Shown here in pieces: positions 41,204 to 53,613 of a stretch of DNA of 64,000 bases. Under the pieces are notes generated by a model. That model made no database searches. It saw nothing but the letters and a program-made list of their open reading frames with translations, and was not told the origin of the DNA. Origin of the DNA: Podarcis bocagei (lineage: Eukaryota). The translations under genes and the position numbers were made by a program. Where the stretch lies: NCBI GenBank assembly GCA_964188305.1, contig OZ076897.1, one strand, 5' to 3'. The stretch's first letter is position 1; each line of letters opens with the position of its first letter.

Positions 41204-41436
41204 ATGGAAAGCGACTAATGGAACCTGTATGTTTTGTGCCCTTTTTGGCCAGGTTTCTTAAATCCATTTTACCCACTAATTATAAAAACCCTGGAGAAGT
41301 TGGCATTGCACCCACGAATGAAGGTGAGAGACGCAGCGCTAGCATATTTACTGCAGCCAGCTCAGATGCAGAACAGTCATGCAGAACACCCATCCTCTTA
41401 GCAGAGAAGCCTTCTGACAAACCCAATACAGTACTA

Positions 41437-41736
<300 letters not shown>

Positions 41737-43915
41737 TCAAGCTGCAGCAAATCTGAAAGAGATTTGAGGTTGGTACACACATGAGAATACACACGAGCGA
41801 AAAAGTCAGGATATTTATTGAGTGATTGGTGGGCTGTTGCAAAGGGCCGCTGGGCTGCGTTCAGCGGAGGGATAACAAGAAGTGCAAGAGGAAAAGTAGG
41901 TCAACATTTTATCTTTGCCTTTGCTGTTGTGCAGGCTTTAGCAAGAAGCCCAACAAACTTCTTTGCCGAGTTTGAACTGCAAGAGCAAATCTGAGGGCAC
42001 AAAACCATTGATGCTGAAAGCACAGCAGGATGAGATGCAGCCAGATGTTTTGAACTACAACTCCCAGTCAACATGGCCAGTGATTTGGGAAGATGGGAGT
42101 TGTGGTCCACAGCATCTGGAGAGCACCACATTCCTCTGAAAGATATTTAAATAATAGTTGCATCTTCACTCTCTTTGCACAATTTAGAAGCCTATAGAAT
42201 TAACACTGTGTTCTGCATTTCAGAATCACCATGCTAACAACACAACCATGCAATCAGAGAGGCAGGCCTCTTTTTTTACAGGTGTACTTTACACTTCCCT
42301 GTAGTTTGACACTTCTCCCACGAAACCTACTTTCACTTCGGTTTCAATTGATTCAAGTTCCACATACAGTCAAAAGCCCTTGCAAGAAATAATACACATA
42401 GCAGTGATAGTCCACCTCTGTACCTGAGTGCTATATGTCACTGCTAGACACCCCTAAAACCTTCCTTCCATCCTCATCTTTGTTGTCAAAAACTGCCATT
42501 CTGAGGGCCAAACGAGTTGAACCATTAAATGTGTGAATGCATTTAACGTGCTTTGTTGTTGTTTTTTAAAAATAGTAACTATTGGGGGGAGGTAATGTGG
42601 CATATTGGGTGGGGAAGGGTATTTAGCCGCTTTCTAGGTGCAGTAATTCAAATAAAATGTTTCCCCTAAAGCTACTATTTGCCCCACTTTGGTGGGAAAC
42701 ACAGCTCTGAGTGGAGGACATTGCATGGGAGGTCAAAGTTAAATGCCCTTTCTTGTCCGCTGCAGTCCTGCTAGGTCCCTCAGTACAGACACCAGACACA
42801 TTAAATGTATTCACACATTTTACGTACTTCTCTGTTTGTCCTGGGCCAAATTGGAATTTTTCAAATATATCTTTTTTCAACTCCTTTTAGGCTATTTCAC
42901 CACACACTTGTACTGAGCCCTTCAGTGGCTCTCTCTTCTTCTATAGCCCATCAAATAGATTCTTGCTGTAATCTTAAACCTCTTAATTTTGCTTTGCTAT
43001 AATTATCCTTTCTTATTAAACTTTGAGTTGCCCTTTGCTCTCACCCTCTTCAGTAACCTGCCTATTTATCCACTCCTCACATAATTGCCTCGCTGCCGCC
43101 TTCAGGCCTCATGTGCTCTGTACAACTTCTACGAACATTCCCTTCGTCTATTCATATTTCCTAGTGTGACACTTATGACAATGCTCCTGGAACTCAAGCA
43201 TCTATTAGTATTTCTCTGAGCTCCTTAATATAGAAGTTGTTTTCTTGAATCGTTTGTGAAGAAATCAGCAAAATATGCTCATTGAATGCAAACGGTGACT
43301 AAGTATATGGTATTGTATCCAATACCAAGCCCTCCACAAAATAGGGAGTGTGCCATTTCTCAAATTGTTACCTGGAACTTCACACTTACACATTAGAAAA
43401 CAAAACTACACCCTTATCTTCAAATAGGCATATCCAGTAAACATTACAGTTCACCACATGTAGCTGAGGCTTACATTTTTGTACAGTGTTTGCTGTTTTT
43501 CAATTTGAGGCACAGAGAAGGAGACTGAATATCATATGCACCAAGTACATTCAACTCACTCAACTTAAAATAGGACCCTTTACCTCTAAAACATAATAAT
43601 TAAAACTATTTTCTTCTTAAGGGTCTCATATTTGTTGCTGCCACATGCTAGCAGCAGAAGGTGCATCTCAAATCAGAGGAGAGCAGTTTTTGGTGTTTTT
43701 TTTAAATTCAGCATTGCAGTGTAATTGCCTTTTAAATACTCAGGGAAGCCTGGCTATAATTTTCCTTTTGTTAAGCACACAAATCTAGATCCAGAGATCC
43801 ATCCCACTTACAGGAGGTTCCAGTGTACACAAAGAGCTCTTGTACGCATTAAGGCTGGATGACATATAACCCAAAACTGGTTTGAAGTCCATATTGTGAT
43901 ATCGGTTTCATAATT

Positions 43916-44113
43916 AAAATAAAAAAATTCCTTCCAGTAGCACCTTAAAGACCAACTAAGTTAGTTCTTGGTATGAGCTTTCGTGTGCATGCACACTTCT
44001 TCAGATACACATGCACACGAAAGCTCATGCCAAGAACTAACTTAGTTGGTCTTTAAGGTGCTACTGGAAGGAATTTTTTTATTTTGACTATGGCAGACCA
44101 ACACAGTTTACCT
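43916..44113. mobile_element. Penelope-like element terminal fragments in inverted arrangement
   Basis: About 76-bp arms (43916-43991 / 44010-44085) with one mismatch. Same family as 29753-29880. It appears to sit inside an older element (~43850-44289). Confidence 0.75.
43971..44008 (-). ncRNA. Minimal type I hammerhead ribozyme motif (Penelope-associated)
   Basis: GUAU-CUGAAGA-A-GUGUG CAUG CACAC-GAAA-GC-UC^AUAC: helix I GUAU/AUAC, core CUGANGA, helix II, GAAA, palindromic AGCU in place of helix III. Confidence 0.7.
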
Positions 44114-44419
44114 GGCAGTATATTATGAATCATGATGTGTGCACGCACTATGCAAAAATCACAATGTAGGAAAAACCATGAAGCCACCCAGTGCTTCTAC
44201 ATAGCTCCATCTTTATTTCAGACATGTGATATATTGGTATATCGTGATGTTTAGCTGGCGATATATCACAATGTTAAAAACCAACCCTAGCATGCACAAG
44301 TGCTTCCCCACCACTACTGCAGACTGTTGTATGCATCTCAGTGTTCCAGCAGATGTGAAGGTTGAAGAGCAAACCCACTGCTTCCATGAGCTACCTGTGT
44401 AGAAAGTGCTTTCTAAATA

Positions 44420-44659
44420 CAGTGGTACCTTGGTTTAAGAAGAGCTTAGTTTATGAACAACTTGGATTAAGAACGCTGCAAACCCGGAAACAGCTGTTTT
44501 GGTTTGTGAACTTTGCCTTGGAAGCAGAACATGATGAGTGTGTTCCATTTGTAAATTGAGTCCCCCGCTGCTATGGGAAAGCACGCCTTGCTTTAAGAAC
44601 ACTTTGGCTTAAGAATGGACTTCCAGAACGGATTAAGTTTGTAAACCAAGGTACCACTG
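44420..44659. mobile_element. Tc1/mariner-pogo MITE related to family A
   Basis: TA-CAGTGGTACCTTGGTTTA...TAAACCAAGGTACCACTG-TA. Confidence 0.87.
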
Positions 44660-45206
44660 TATTAAAAATACTAAACATAAACATAAACAAATAAAAACGG
44701 GGTAGAAGGGGGTGCAGATATGAAATCAGCACAAATCCTGGCCCGTTTCCTCTGATTTCACCAACATATTTGGAGATTTCAATAACAGATGCTGAAATTT
44801 CATGTCACCATGGTGAAATGACTCCCTAGCTACTTCTAAAACTAAAGCCTTCTCTTCCCTTTGTCCTGCCATGATCCCTAAAGTCAACTGACAGTCTCAA
44901 CCACAACTGGGTAAACTATCTATGTACTAGATCCATATATAAAAAATCAACTGTGTAACTCTGTCCCTTTGGAGACTAATTTAAGACTCAATCTTGAGAC
45001 GCTTCTGAAAGCTTTGCTGGATATGACGTTTCCAGGAGAGGAGCGGGGTGTGGAGGATCAATTTGGGATCTTCTGAAGATTATCTGAATATTTTCAATGG
45101 TTTCATTTAGGTTTTGTTAATGCCATAGCCCACTCTGAGGTCAAAGCTAAACATTTAAACAATACAAAATTACAAATATATCTTTAATGATCTGTATTGT
45201 GCATAC

Positions 45207-45260
45207 CTGAAGAGCTGCCTTTTCTTAAGGGTTTCATTGCATATGCTATCCTCCAAGAGC
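45207..45260 (-). CDS. ARPP21: ARPP21 small coding exon, 54 nt, phase 2-2 (frame-preserving)
   Basis: TTTTCATCAG|G CTC...TTC AG|GTATGC. Translates (R)LLEDSICNETLKKRQLF(R). Confidence 0.9.
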
Positions 45261-45887
45261 CTGATGAAAATGAAAAGGAAACACATTTAAAAACAGGGCA
45301 TTTTAAAAACTTGGATTTAACTCGATGCTTCAGCTGTTATAGCCATATTTTTTTATCATGCTCCTTTTTTAAAAATAAGACTGCAGTAAAAGACACAACA
45401 GCTTTAGTGCAGTAGCCATAAGGAAGATTTTGGACTCTCTTCTTTGATACTGATTTGTGCACACTGAAAGGCAGCCCCTTTTCTAGAAATTATTTTTGCA
45501 TTGGTTGCAACATGTTTGCTATAAAAAATATATTTATGGTAGTGCATCACTCCGTAATGTGACACTAGAGTAGGCTCTGATAACATTAAGACACTCATTA
45601 TTTTCCAGTAATGTAATTGCAGCCAGAATAATTCCATTTACCACAAGTCAAGAGCATTTATATATCTGAGAAAGACAGCATGAACTCTCCTCTGAAACTC
45701 AGAATATTCACATACTGTATGTTGTTCTAAGGTGAAATGGCCACCATCGGTGGCAGATTTTACCTGTCATTAAGGGTGGGAGAGATCCAGATCAAACCCT
45801 TGAGGCTGTCCATTTGTGAAGTTCCCATTTATTCCAGTGACGTTTCCTTGCACTGGAGACCTTCCTAGTGAATTCTTCCTCAGATTA

Positions 45888-46574
45888 CCATATTTTTCGC
45901 CCTATAGGACGCAATTTTTCCCCTCCAAAAATGAAGGGGAAATCAGGGTGCGTCCTATGGGGCGAATGCAGGCTTTCACTGAAGCCTGGAGAGCGAGAGG
46001 GGTCGGTGCGCACCGACCCCTCTCGCTCTCCAGGCTTCAGGAAGCTCTGCGCAACCCTCGGGAGACCGGCTCCGAGGGTTGCGCAGAGCTGCCTGCAGTC
46101 CCCGGCTCAGCACAGCTCTGCGCGGCCATCCGGAGCGGGGCGCTAAGTCCCACCCCGCTCCGGATGGCGGCGCAGAGCTGCTGCCGTCCCGGGATCAGCG
46201 CAGCTCTGCGCGGCCACCGGGAGCCGGGGGCGAAGCCCCGCCCCGCTCCCGATGGCGGCGCAGAGCTGCCTGCAGTCCCGGGATCAGCGCAGCTCTGCGT
46301 GGCCACCGGGAGTGGGGAGCGAAGTCCCACCCCGCTCCGGATGGCGGCGCAGAGCTGCCTGCAGTCCCGGGATCAGCGCACTTCTCCCCATCGCCAGCCC
46401 CACAAGCTCGGGGGACAGTGGGGAGGCAGAGCGTGCCTTCCCACTGTTCCCCGACCTGGTTCTTCCAGCCCCGCACCTGGGGGGGGGGAATATTTTTTTT
46501 TCTTTATTCCCCCCCCCAAAAAAAAACTAGGTGCGTCCTATGGGCTGGAGCGTCCTATGGGGCGCAAAATACGG
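45888..46574. mobile_element. pogo/Tigger-like MITE (family B relative) with GC-rich internal tandem array
   Basis: TA-CCATATTTTTCGCCCTATAGGACGC...GCGTCCTATGGGGCGCAAAATACGG-TA. Confidence 0.87.
46081..46380. repeat. Tandem repeat, 88-89 bp unit x ~3.4, each unit made of two hairpins
   Basis: Units start with GCGCAGAGCTG at 46081, 46170, 46258 and 46347. Confidence 0.9.
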
Positions 46575-46982
46575 TAATTAGTGGAATGAGAGAAGAGTCA
46601 TTTGGATTTTCTAATTCAGTCACTATGATGTCTTGTGACAGCCTTGGATATTCGGTAAAACTAGTTACATTTCCCCAGTGTGTGTGTGTGTGTGCATGAT
46701 TTGGTTTGTTTTTAATCACTAATATAATATGTAACACACCTAAGAAATTAGTGACTTAAGTGCATCTCATCAATTTAATGATATATCATTTTAATACCCC
46801 TTCACTTATATTTAAACTGAAAACCTCTGCCAAATGCTATGTATTCCTCTGCTCTAATGTTTGCATATACTTGCTAACCTGCATGTTGAACTTATTAAAA
46901 AGTGGCAATATGAGTTCATCACATAAAATCAGGAAATTAAGAGGTCGGCTAATAGACATAGAAAAAACAGTGTTTGCTAGGT

Positions 46983-47105
46983 CAGGCAAACTCGGCCTGT
47001 TTTGGGACTACAACTCCCATCATCCCTAGCTAATAGGACCAGTGGTCAGGGATGATGGGAACTGTAGTCTCAAAACATCTGGAAGGCCGAGTTTGCCTAT
47101 GCCTG
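46983..47105. mobile_element. Palindromic hAT-type MITE (left end partly deleted)
   Basis: Core GGGACTACAACTCCCATCATCCCT...AGGGATGATGGGAACTGTAGTC, same as the 62867 copy. Confidence 0.8.
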
Positions 47106-47876
47106 ATATACTCCATGCTAGCTACTTTAAGTTGGGACAAATTAACTGATCCCTCAGCCAAAGTAGCATTAGAATACAAATTGAGGCTATTAAAACATAC
47201 TGACTTGGGTCCAGATTTCACCTCCCATGAATAGAAGGAATCTGTGGAAGGCTCCTGATCTATTGGAGGAATCCCACTGAGAGAAAAGGGTGAAGAAGTA
47301 ATTTTCATTTGTTCCCCCCCCCCCATGAAGATCCTATGACCACCCCCTAATCTCTTCCAGGAGGCAGCACAGAAGGCTGCAGGAGAAAGGCTTTTAATAC
47401 CAGTGGGATCATTCTGAGCTGAACTCCACAACCGTTGCTTGAGACCCAGGTCATAGGAGGAATGCCTCTCCCATTACTTGCCAACACATGCCTTAAATTC
47501 TGCTGATAATTTCATTATTTAACCACAGCAAATTCCAAGGCGACTTGTAGAATGGCCTTTTTGGGTTATGGAACTCCCTTCCATTAGAGATACATTTGTA
47601 TCTCATGTTGACATCTTTTTGACGGCTCTTAAAAGCATATCTGTTTCATCTGGCTTTGGGGGACGTAAGAGTTAGTTGGACAGTTCCCCTTTATTGTGAC
47701 TTTGGCGTTGCTGCTATTTTGTGGCTGACCTGTGAATTAGATCATTTTGTGGCTTATGCTGTTTTTTCACTGCAGTATTTGCATACTACCTTGAGAACTC
47801 AAGTTGAAGGCCTGTCTAAAATATGCCAAACAAGTAAATAACCCAAAATATATACAATGCATATGCACATTTTTAC

Positions 47877-47914
47877 CTGTTATCCAGAAAAATGTTTTCT
47901 TGGGAGCAAACTGA
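47877..47914 (-). CDS. ARPP21: ARPP21 small coding exon, 38 nt, phase 0-2
   Basis: TTGTCTTCCAG|TCA...AAC AG|GTAAAA. Translates SVCSQENIFLDN(R), similar to the recalled mammalian ARPP21 segment SVCSQESLFVEN. Confidence 0.9.
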
Positions 47915-50844
47915 CTGGAAGACAAAACAAATAAACAAATAAAAAAACATTTTGGTTGGTAAACAAGGTAACCCTCACATCCGACTTTTCCAGGTTGAAA
48001 CCAGAATTACTTTCCACATTCATGCATCATGGATACAATGAATGCTCAAACGATTGTTAGCAAGGAATGTTTTTGTGGGGGTAACCACATCAATATTTCT
48101 TATCTCAGAAGAGTTCAGAGGAGTACAGGTTTCAGATATTTTTTGAGAAGTATAGGAAGTGCTTAAGCAACAATCCCAAAACAAAGATATCTAGAAGTGC
48201 TTAAAACCTGCTGAAATCAGAGGAACAGGTATGTTGCAACTAATTTATCAGTTTCAGTGGGGCATAAGAACAGCTAACTTCTTGACTTGAGCCAAGAAGT
48301 CAATGAGAGACAAATGGAAGGAAAATACGCTGAGCTAATAAAACACAGAGTGAGTGAAGCTGAAGCAGGTAGAATAGTTTTAAATCCTGCATGGTTCAAT
48401 TATAAGAAACAAATTTAAGAAAGCTAACGGTACTTTAACGTGACCTGGATGGAAAATAATTTGACAAAAAATAAATTCCATTGCCAAGAACCTATCATTT
48501 TAATGTTGTTTGAATCCATGAATTATTCTCATTGCCTTTGACTCTGCATTTCCCATTTGTTTTTTGTTCATAATGAGCACAACAGATGTTTTCGGAAATA
48601 AAGAAAAAAACCCCAGCCAAACTTGCAGTGAATTTAAACAAAATAAGTGAAAATGAATAAGAGACAGAGAGCGAGAGAAGCAAGGAATAGATCAGGTCCA
48701 TTGCTTCCACAACTATGAAACTGCAGATGATTCAAATCGCATCATAAGCCACATCAAATTCTAGTGCTATGAAAGTCCAGATACTGTGTACATTTTCATT
48801 TTTTTTAACAGGATGTTCAGAAAGGGGCTTCCGAAAACTGTTGTGATAAATCACAGACATCCATGTTCATTTCTAGTTTTCTCTCGTGAAATACATATGG
48901 CTGAAGCATTTTGCATAAACTCAGCTGCTGCTTGGCTGAGGCCAAGGAGGCTGTGGCAATTTACAGTAACAGATATTTCATTTACAAGCTGTAATAGTGA
49001 TGATGATCCCAAGCCCCAATGTAATAATACAGGGTCTGACTCATTAAAACTTTCGTTTGCTGTTCTGCGTCGATCGCACAAATTTCACACAAGAAAACAA
49101 GGCTGTAAGGACACATAGTTTACAGCATGGAGAGAACAACAAATATGTTCATGTGGGAAAAAACCCCAATACTTTCCCCCATTTTGCTGCTTTACTTATC
49201 TTAAGCTGCCCATTTCGTTTAATTAACTAATTTGTATTCCCTAAGACGAAACAAAAACATGCAATATAGTTCTCCACCTTTGACGGCATTCATTTCCAGA
49301 GAGGCCATAGTTTTGTTGTCAGTTGTGTAAATGTATTAGTGCCTCGTCTGTGTTTCTGCACTACATGCTGGATGTAAAAATCGGCTCAGAAATCTGTGTC
49401 AGAGAAGCCTAGAAGAGCTCAGATGTGCATATGCGTTCAAGTTTGCGGAGGGAACATCGCTTATGAAAATTGCTGTTGATCAGGTGAGGAATAAGGGTAA
49501 ACAGCACTAAATAGTTATTGAAAAGTGTAAGATGACTGTTACCTCTTCAGTATCTTGAAGGGTATCGGTGTGATCAGCATTACAGTCTTATGGATAAACT
49601 CTCAATAATAGCTCCGTTCATCTTCCATGCTGCAGAAGCTGGCACGAGGCCATGCCATCTCCTGGAATATGCATTTATCAGTGCTGATGTGGGTCTCCGT
49701 GGCACAAAAGACAGACACAGTTTATTACATTACCCTTGCTGTTGTTGTCTTTAAGAAAGAAAGAGCTGACAAGCTTTAGGGGAAGCAAGTTAGCTATTAT
49801 CATGTTGAGTTTCACTTTGCTCTTTTATATGCAACGCTCCATTTGCTTAATGCTTGTGCTATCATAGCATAGCAATTGCTAACACTACCTTTAAATGTTT
49901 CACTTGCCCGCCAATCGCAAATTTAAAGGAATGCAGGACAAAAAACCTCTGTATGCAAATGCATAAATGCATTTGCTTAAAGTCCCGCTGAACTATCTCT
50001 ACATGCTGAAAACGTCCTACAATCCCCCATGAGAAGTCTTTTCTTCTGACACTAATTTCCCATTTCCCTCCCAATCCATAGTGTTAATATTTCTGGAAGT
50101 CGTGTAAGCTATTTTATCTGTAATCAAGTGCTTCGTTAACATAACCTTGTGAAACTATTTGAATGGCTTAAGAAGAGCTTGGGCGGGGGTGGCGCAGACA
50201 ATAAACAGGGGCTATGTAGAAAGCACTGTGGATAAAGAACTCATTTTGGACCTGGGGTTCAGGTGGCCTTCAACTATAGCTTAAGTAAGCAATTCCCTGT
50301 TCAGTTAGTCATTCTCTCCCCCTTTCCCTAATATTATTACCACTGTATGAAGGAGAGGATAGGGGGAAGCCTCTTCCTCCACGTCCCAGTTACTATCCTT
50401 TGGGCCACCCCATGCTCTGCAGTCTGAATAGCTGTGTCAGGAAACCTGCTATACTTGAACAGGTGCCCTATGGGACTTAGAACCCTGATCTTGTAGGATC
50501 CTACCTTACATTGGGAGTCTATCTGTTACTACCCACCACAGAAGGTCAGCCCCAATACTTTGGCAATGGGGGCATGGGTGATGGTGGCATGTTGGCCCCC
50601 TACGACTTGTGCAGTAGTAGCCACATGGGGGGAAACAACAGAAAAGTGCTTATATGTATCATAAAAATCAAGATTCTGAACTTGCAGCTATCACAAATCT
50701 AGAGGTAATGATTTAAAAAAATTATTACCTGGATCCAGACTTAGCTGGATCCCACCAAAATCGATGAATCAAGTTGGCCATGGCTTAAACTCCATTGATT
50801 TCAGTGAGGCTTAAGCACAACCCTCTAATATGTTTATTATGGTA

Positions 50845-51166
50845 CAGTGGTGCCTCGCAAGACGAAAAGAATCCGTTCTGTGATTCTCTTCGTCTAGCGG
50901 TATTTTCGTCTTGCGAAGCAAGCCCATTGACGGATTAGCGGATTAGCGCTATTAGCGGCTTTTAGCGGCTTATCTGCTGATCGGATCAGCTGATAAGCGG
51001 CTTAGCGGCTTAGAAAAAAGGGGGGAGGAGGAAAAAAACCAGCAGGAACTCGCAAGACATTGTCGTCTTGCGAAGCAAGCCCATAGGAAATTCGTTTTGC
51101 GAAGCACCTCCAAAACGGAAAACTCTTTCGTCTAGCGAGTTTTCCGTCTTGCGAGGCATTCGTCTT
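50845..51166 (-). mobile_element. MITE family C, inverted relative to the 28783 and 61884 copies, runs into an assembly gap
   Basis: Reverse complement of 28783-29128, TA at 50843. Confidence 0.88.
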
Positions 51167-51301
51167 NNNNNNNNNNNNNNNNNNNNNNNNNNNNNNNNNN
51201 NNNNNNNNNNNNNNNNNNNNNNNNNNNNNNNNNNNNNNNNNNNNNNNNNNNNNNNNNNNNNNNNNNNNNNNNNNNNNNNNNNNNNNNNNNNNNNNNNNNN
51301 N
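51167..51301. other. Assembly gap (135 N)
   Basis: Run of n. Confidence 1.
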
Positions 51302-52374
51302 TGGGTTGCCAGAATGGTATGGATATCTCTGCTCCAAACTCACAAATAAGTAGCCTCCCCCTCCTCCCCCTTTGCTTTCTCTTCTTTTCCCTTTGTGCAT
51401 GGTCTCTCTCTCTCTTTCTGACTTGAACCTTCCTTCTTCTGGAGACCACATTCACTCATATTACTTAACTGAACTGTGTTTTAAATCGTTCATGTGACTG
51501 CTCCATTACTCTGCTCAAGGTATGTATTTATTCACAAAAAATCCTAAACAACATCGAATCATTACATGTTTGATTAAACAAAATAAATAGATAATTTCAT
51601 GGAGGATTGGTCTGTCAATGGATACTGCATGAGAAGTAATGGTGGGCACTCCATGATAAAATGTAGCATCCTTCTGAAAGAAGGCCATGTCTGGATGCTG
51701 CCCTCAAATGTGACTATTGATTAACAAAACCAAGACTGGCCAGTACAGCAAGGTTCCTATGGAAACAATGGGAATAGATCTTATTAATGTTGCCTTCTAA
51801 TAGTGCTGTGGTGATGTGCCATGGCTGTAAACTTAAGCAATAATAGCAGAGTAGTAAAGGCTTTCCTTAAGGGGTATTGAAGCGTTACATATTTAGAAAA
51901 TAAATTTACACATTCTGTGATAGGACATTCATGAGAAACATGTGCAAGCAACCAGACTGCTACTCTTGCCTATTTCCCTCCTTGCAAAAGAGTGTCCTTT
52001 GTATGTTTCTTCTGCAGTTCTTCCATCACCCACCCCTGTATCTTCTGTTTAGCAACCCAAGCCTCTCTGTTTACACAGCTGCCAATCTGTTCAATTTGCT
52101 CCTGACAGCATCTGCTTGTAGTGATGCCAAAGCAGATATTTGAGGCGTATCAGAAGGGTGGGGACAGCATAAATTAAACACAATTTATAATTAAAAAAAA
52201 CAAGGGACGTTGCTACGGTGGTGTTATTCATGTTCATAATTTATTCATTGCAAATTTCCAATTAAAATGAAATGAAAAAGCTGCTGTATGTAATTTCTGC
52301 TCTGCTGTCCTTAATCGAGATCTCTCACTGCCAGTTTCAGGGTCTATATTGGCAAATGTAATATAAATACAGGG

Positions 52375-52476
52375 CAGGACTTTTCTTTCAGCCGGAACTC
52401 GCTGGAACTCAGTTCCAGCACAAGGGAGTTGTTCATGGTGAGCTACCGCACCTCTTTTTCTAGGAAAAAAGCACGG
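52375..52476. mobile_element. Short hAT-type element
   Basis: Perfect 8-bp TSD atacaggg (52367 and 52477). Imperfect TIR CAGGACTTTTCT / AAAAAAGCACGG. Confidence 0.65.
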
Positions 52477-53220
52477 ATACAGGGTCATATATATTTAGCA
52501 AACATGGACACTTTAGCACAGCTATCTAATGGTTATTGATTCCTTTCATCATCCCCGTGGTGGGTTGGAGCTGGAACAAGAGCTGTATATTTGCATCCAT
52601 GAAGTGTGAACTTTTGCAACTGGTATATCCAGATTGCCTGGAGATGTCCCAGATTGCAGGTACTCCCCTTCTCAACGCCACACCTAGACCAGATTTTGTT
52701 CTTGGTGGGGTTTATTTAAAAAAGGGAGTTTAGAAAAGTTATTGTTGTGGGTTAAAACATTCAGACATGGGCAGCTACAGTTGTGAACCTCATCTCTGCA
52801 AATATACTGCAGTTTGTAGAAGTTTGCTTTGGATAATACCTAATGGATGCAGTAATTATTAATTGTTTAAAATCTAGAAAGTCGAGAAATCCAAAGAGAT
52901 ACTATCCTATCCTATTAAAATATCTACTCTGTACTCTACAGCAAAACAGATTTCATATAGAACTGGAGGGAGGGGGACTGACCAACAAACAGGTGCCTGT
53001 AATGGGTGGAACTTGTCCCATACTTAAGCACCAAATGAAGAGTTTCTTCTCCGAAGCAGGAGAAATGGCAGTAGAGAGACAGAACGTAGATGACTTGGGA
53101 AAGGCGTGAATGTCATGTGGTCATACACAGCTGTACATTTCACAGAGTCAGACCATTAGTTCAAATAGCCCAAGATTGTTTTCTCTCCAGCACTTGATGC
53201 TTCTGGGTTGTATTGAAGTA

Positions 53221-53613
53221 CCGCATTTTTCGCTCTATAAGACGCACTCTTCCCCTCCTAAAAAGTAAGGGGAAATATGTGTGCGTCTTATGGAGTGAAT
53301 GCAGGCAGGAGGCTCTGCTCAGTGCTCCCTTTAAAGAGCCCCGTGGAGCGTGGGAAAAGCCCCCAAGAGCCGCACACACGCTCCGCACGCCCTTTAAAGG
53401 GAGCGCGGCTCTCGGGGGAGTCTTCCTCCCGCTGCCCGGGAGAGGCTGCGCACGGCTATCCCATAAGCCAGGACAGCAAGAGGCTATCCCAGAAGCCAGA
53501 TCCCTCTTGCTGTTCTGGCTTCTGGGATTCAGAATATTTTTTTTCTTGTTTTCCTCCTCCAAAAACTAGGTGCATCTTATGGTCTGGTGCGTCTTATAGA
53601 GCGAAAAATACGG
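53221..53613 (-). mobile_element. MITE family B, inverted relative to the 15249 copy
   Basis: TA-CCGCATTTTTCGCTCTATAAGACGCAC...GTGCGTCTTATAGAGCGAAAAATACGG-TA. Confidence 0.9.

Noticed and set aside
43584-43640. Possible duplicate of the 54-nt exon (ATGAGACCCTTAAGAAGA vs ATGAAACCCTTAAGAAAA, followed by AG|GTAAAG)
   Set aside because: Similarity covers only ~18 nt, the frame has a TAG before the donor and there is no pyrimidine tract. Likely chance.
46081-46380. CRISPR-like array (also 62056-62298)
   Set aside because: Vertebrate intron, units repeat in full without unique spacers, no cas genes.
45816-46699. Long overlapping ORFs (253 aa, 206 aa) as a novel gene
   Set aside because: They arise from the GC-rich, stop-poor tandem array inside a TIR/TA-bounded MITE and show no transposase motifs.
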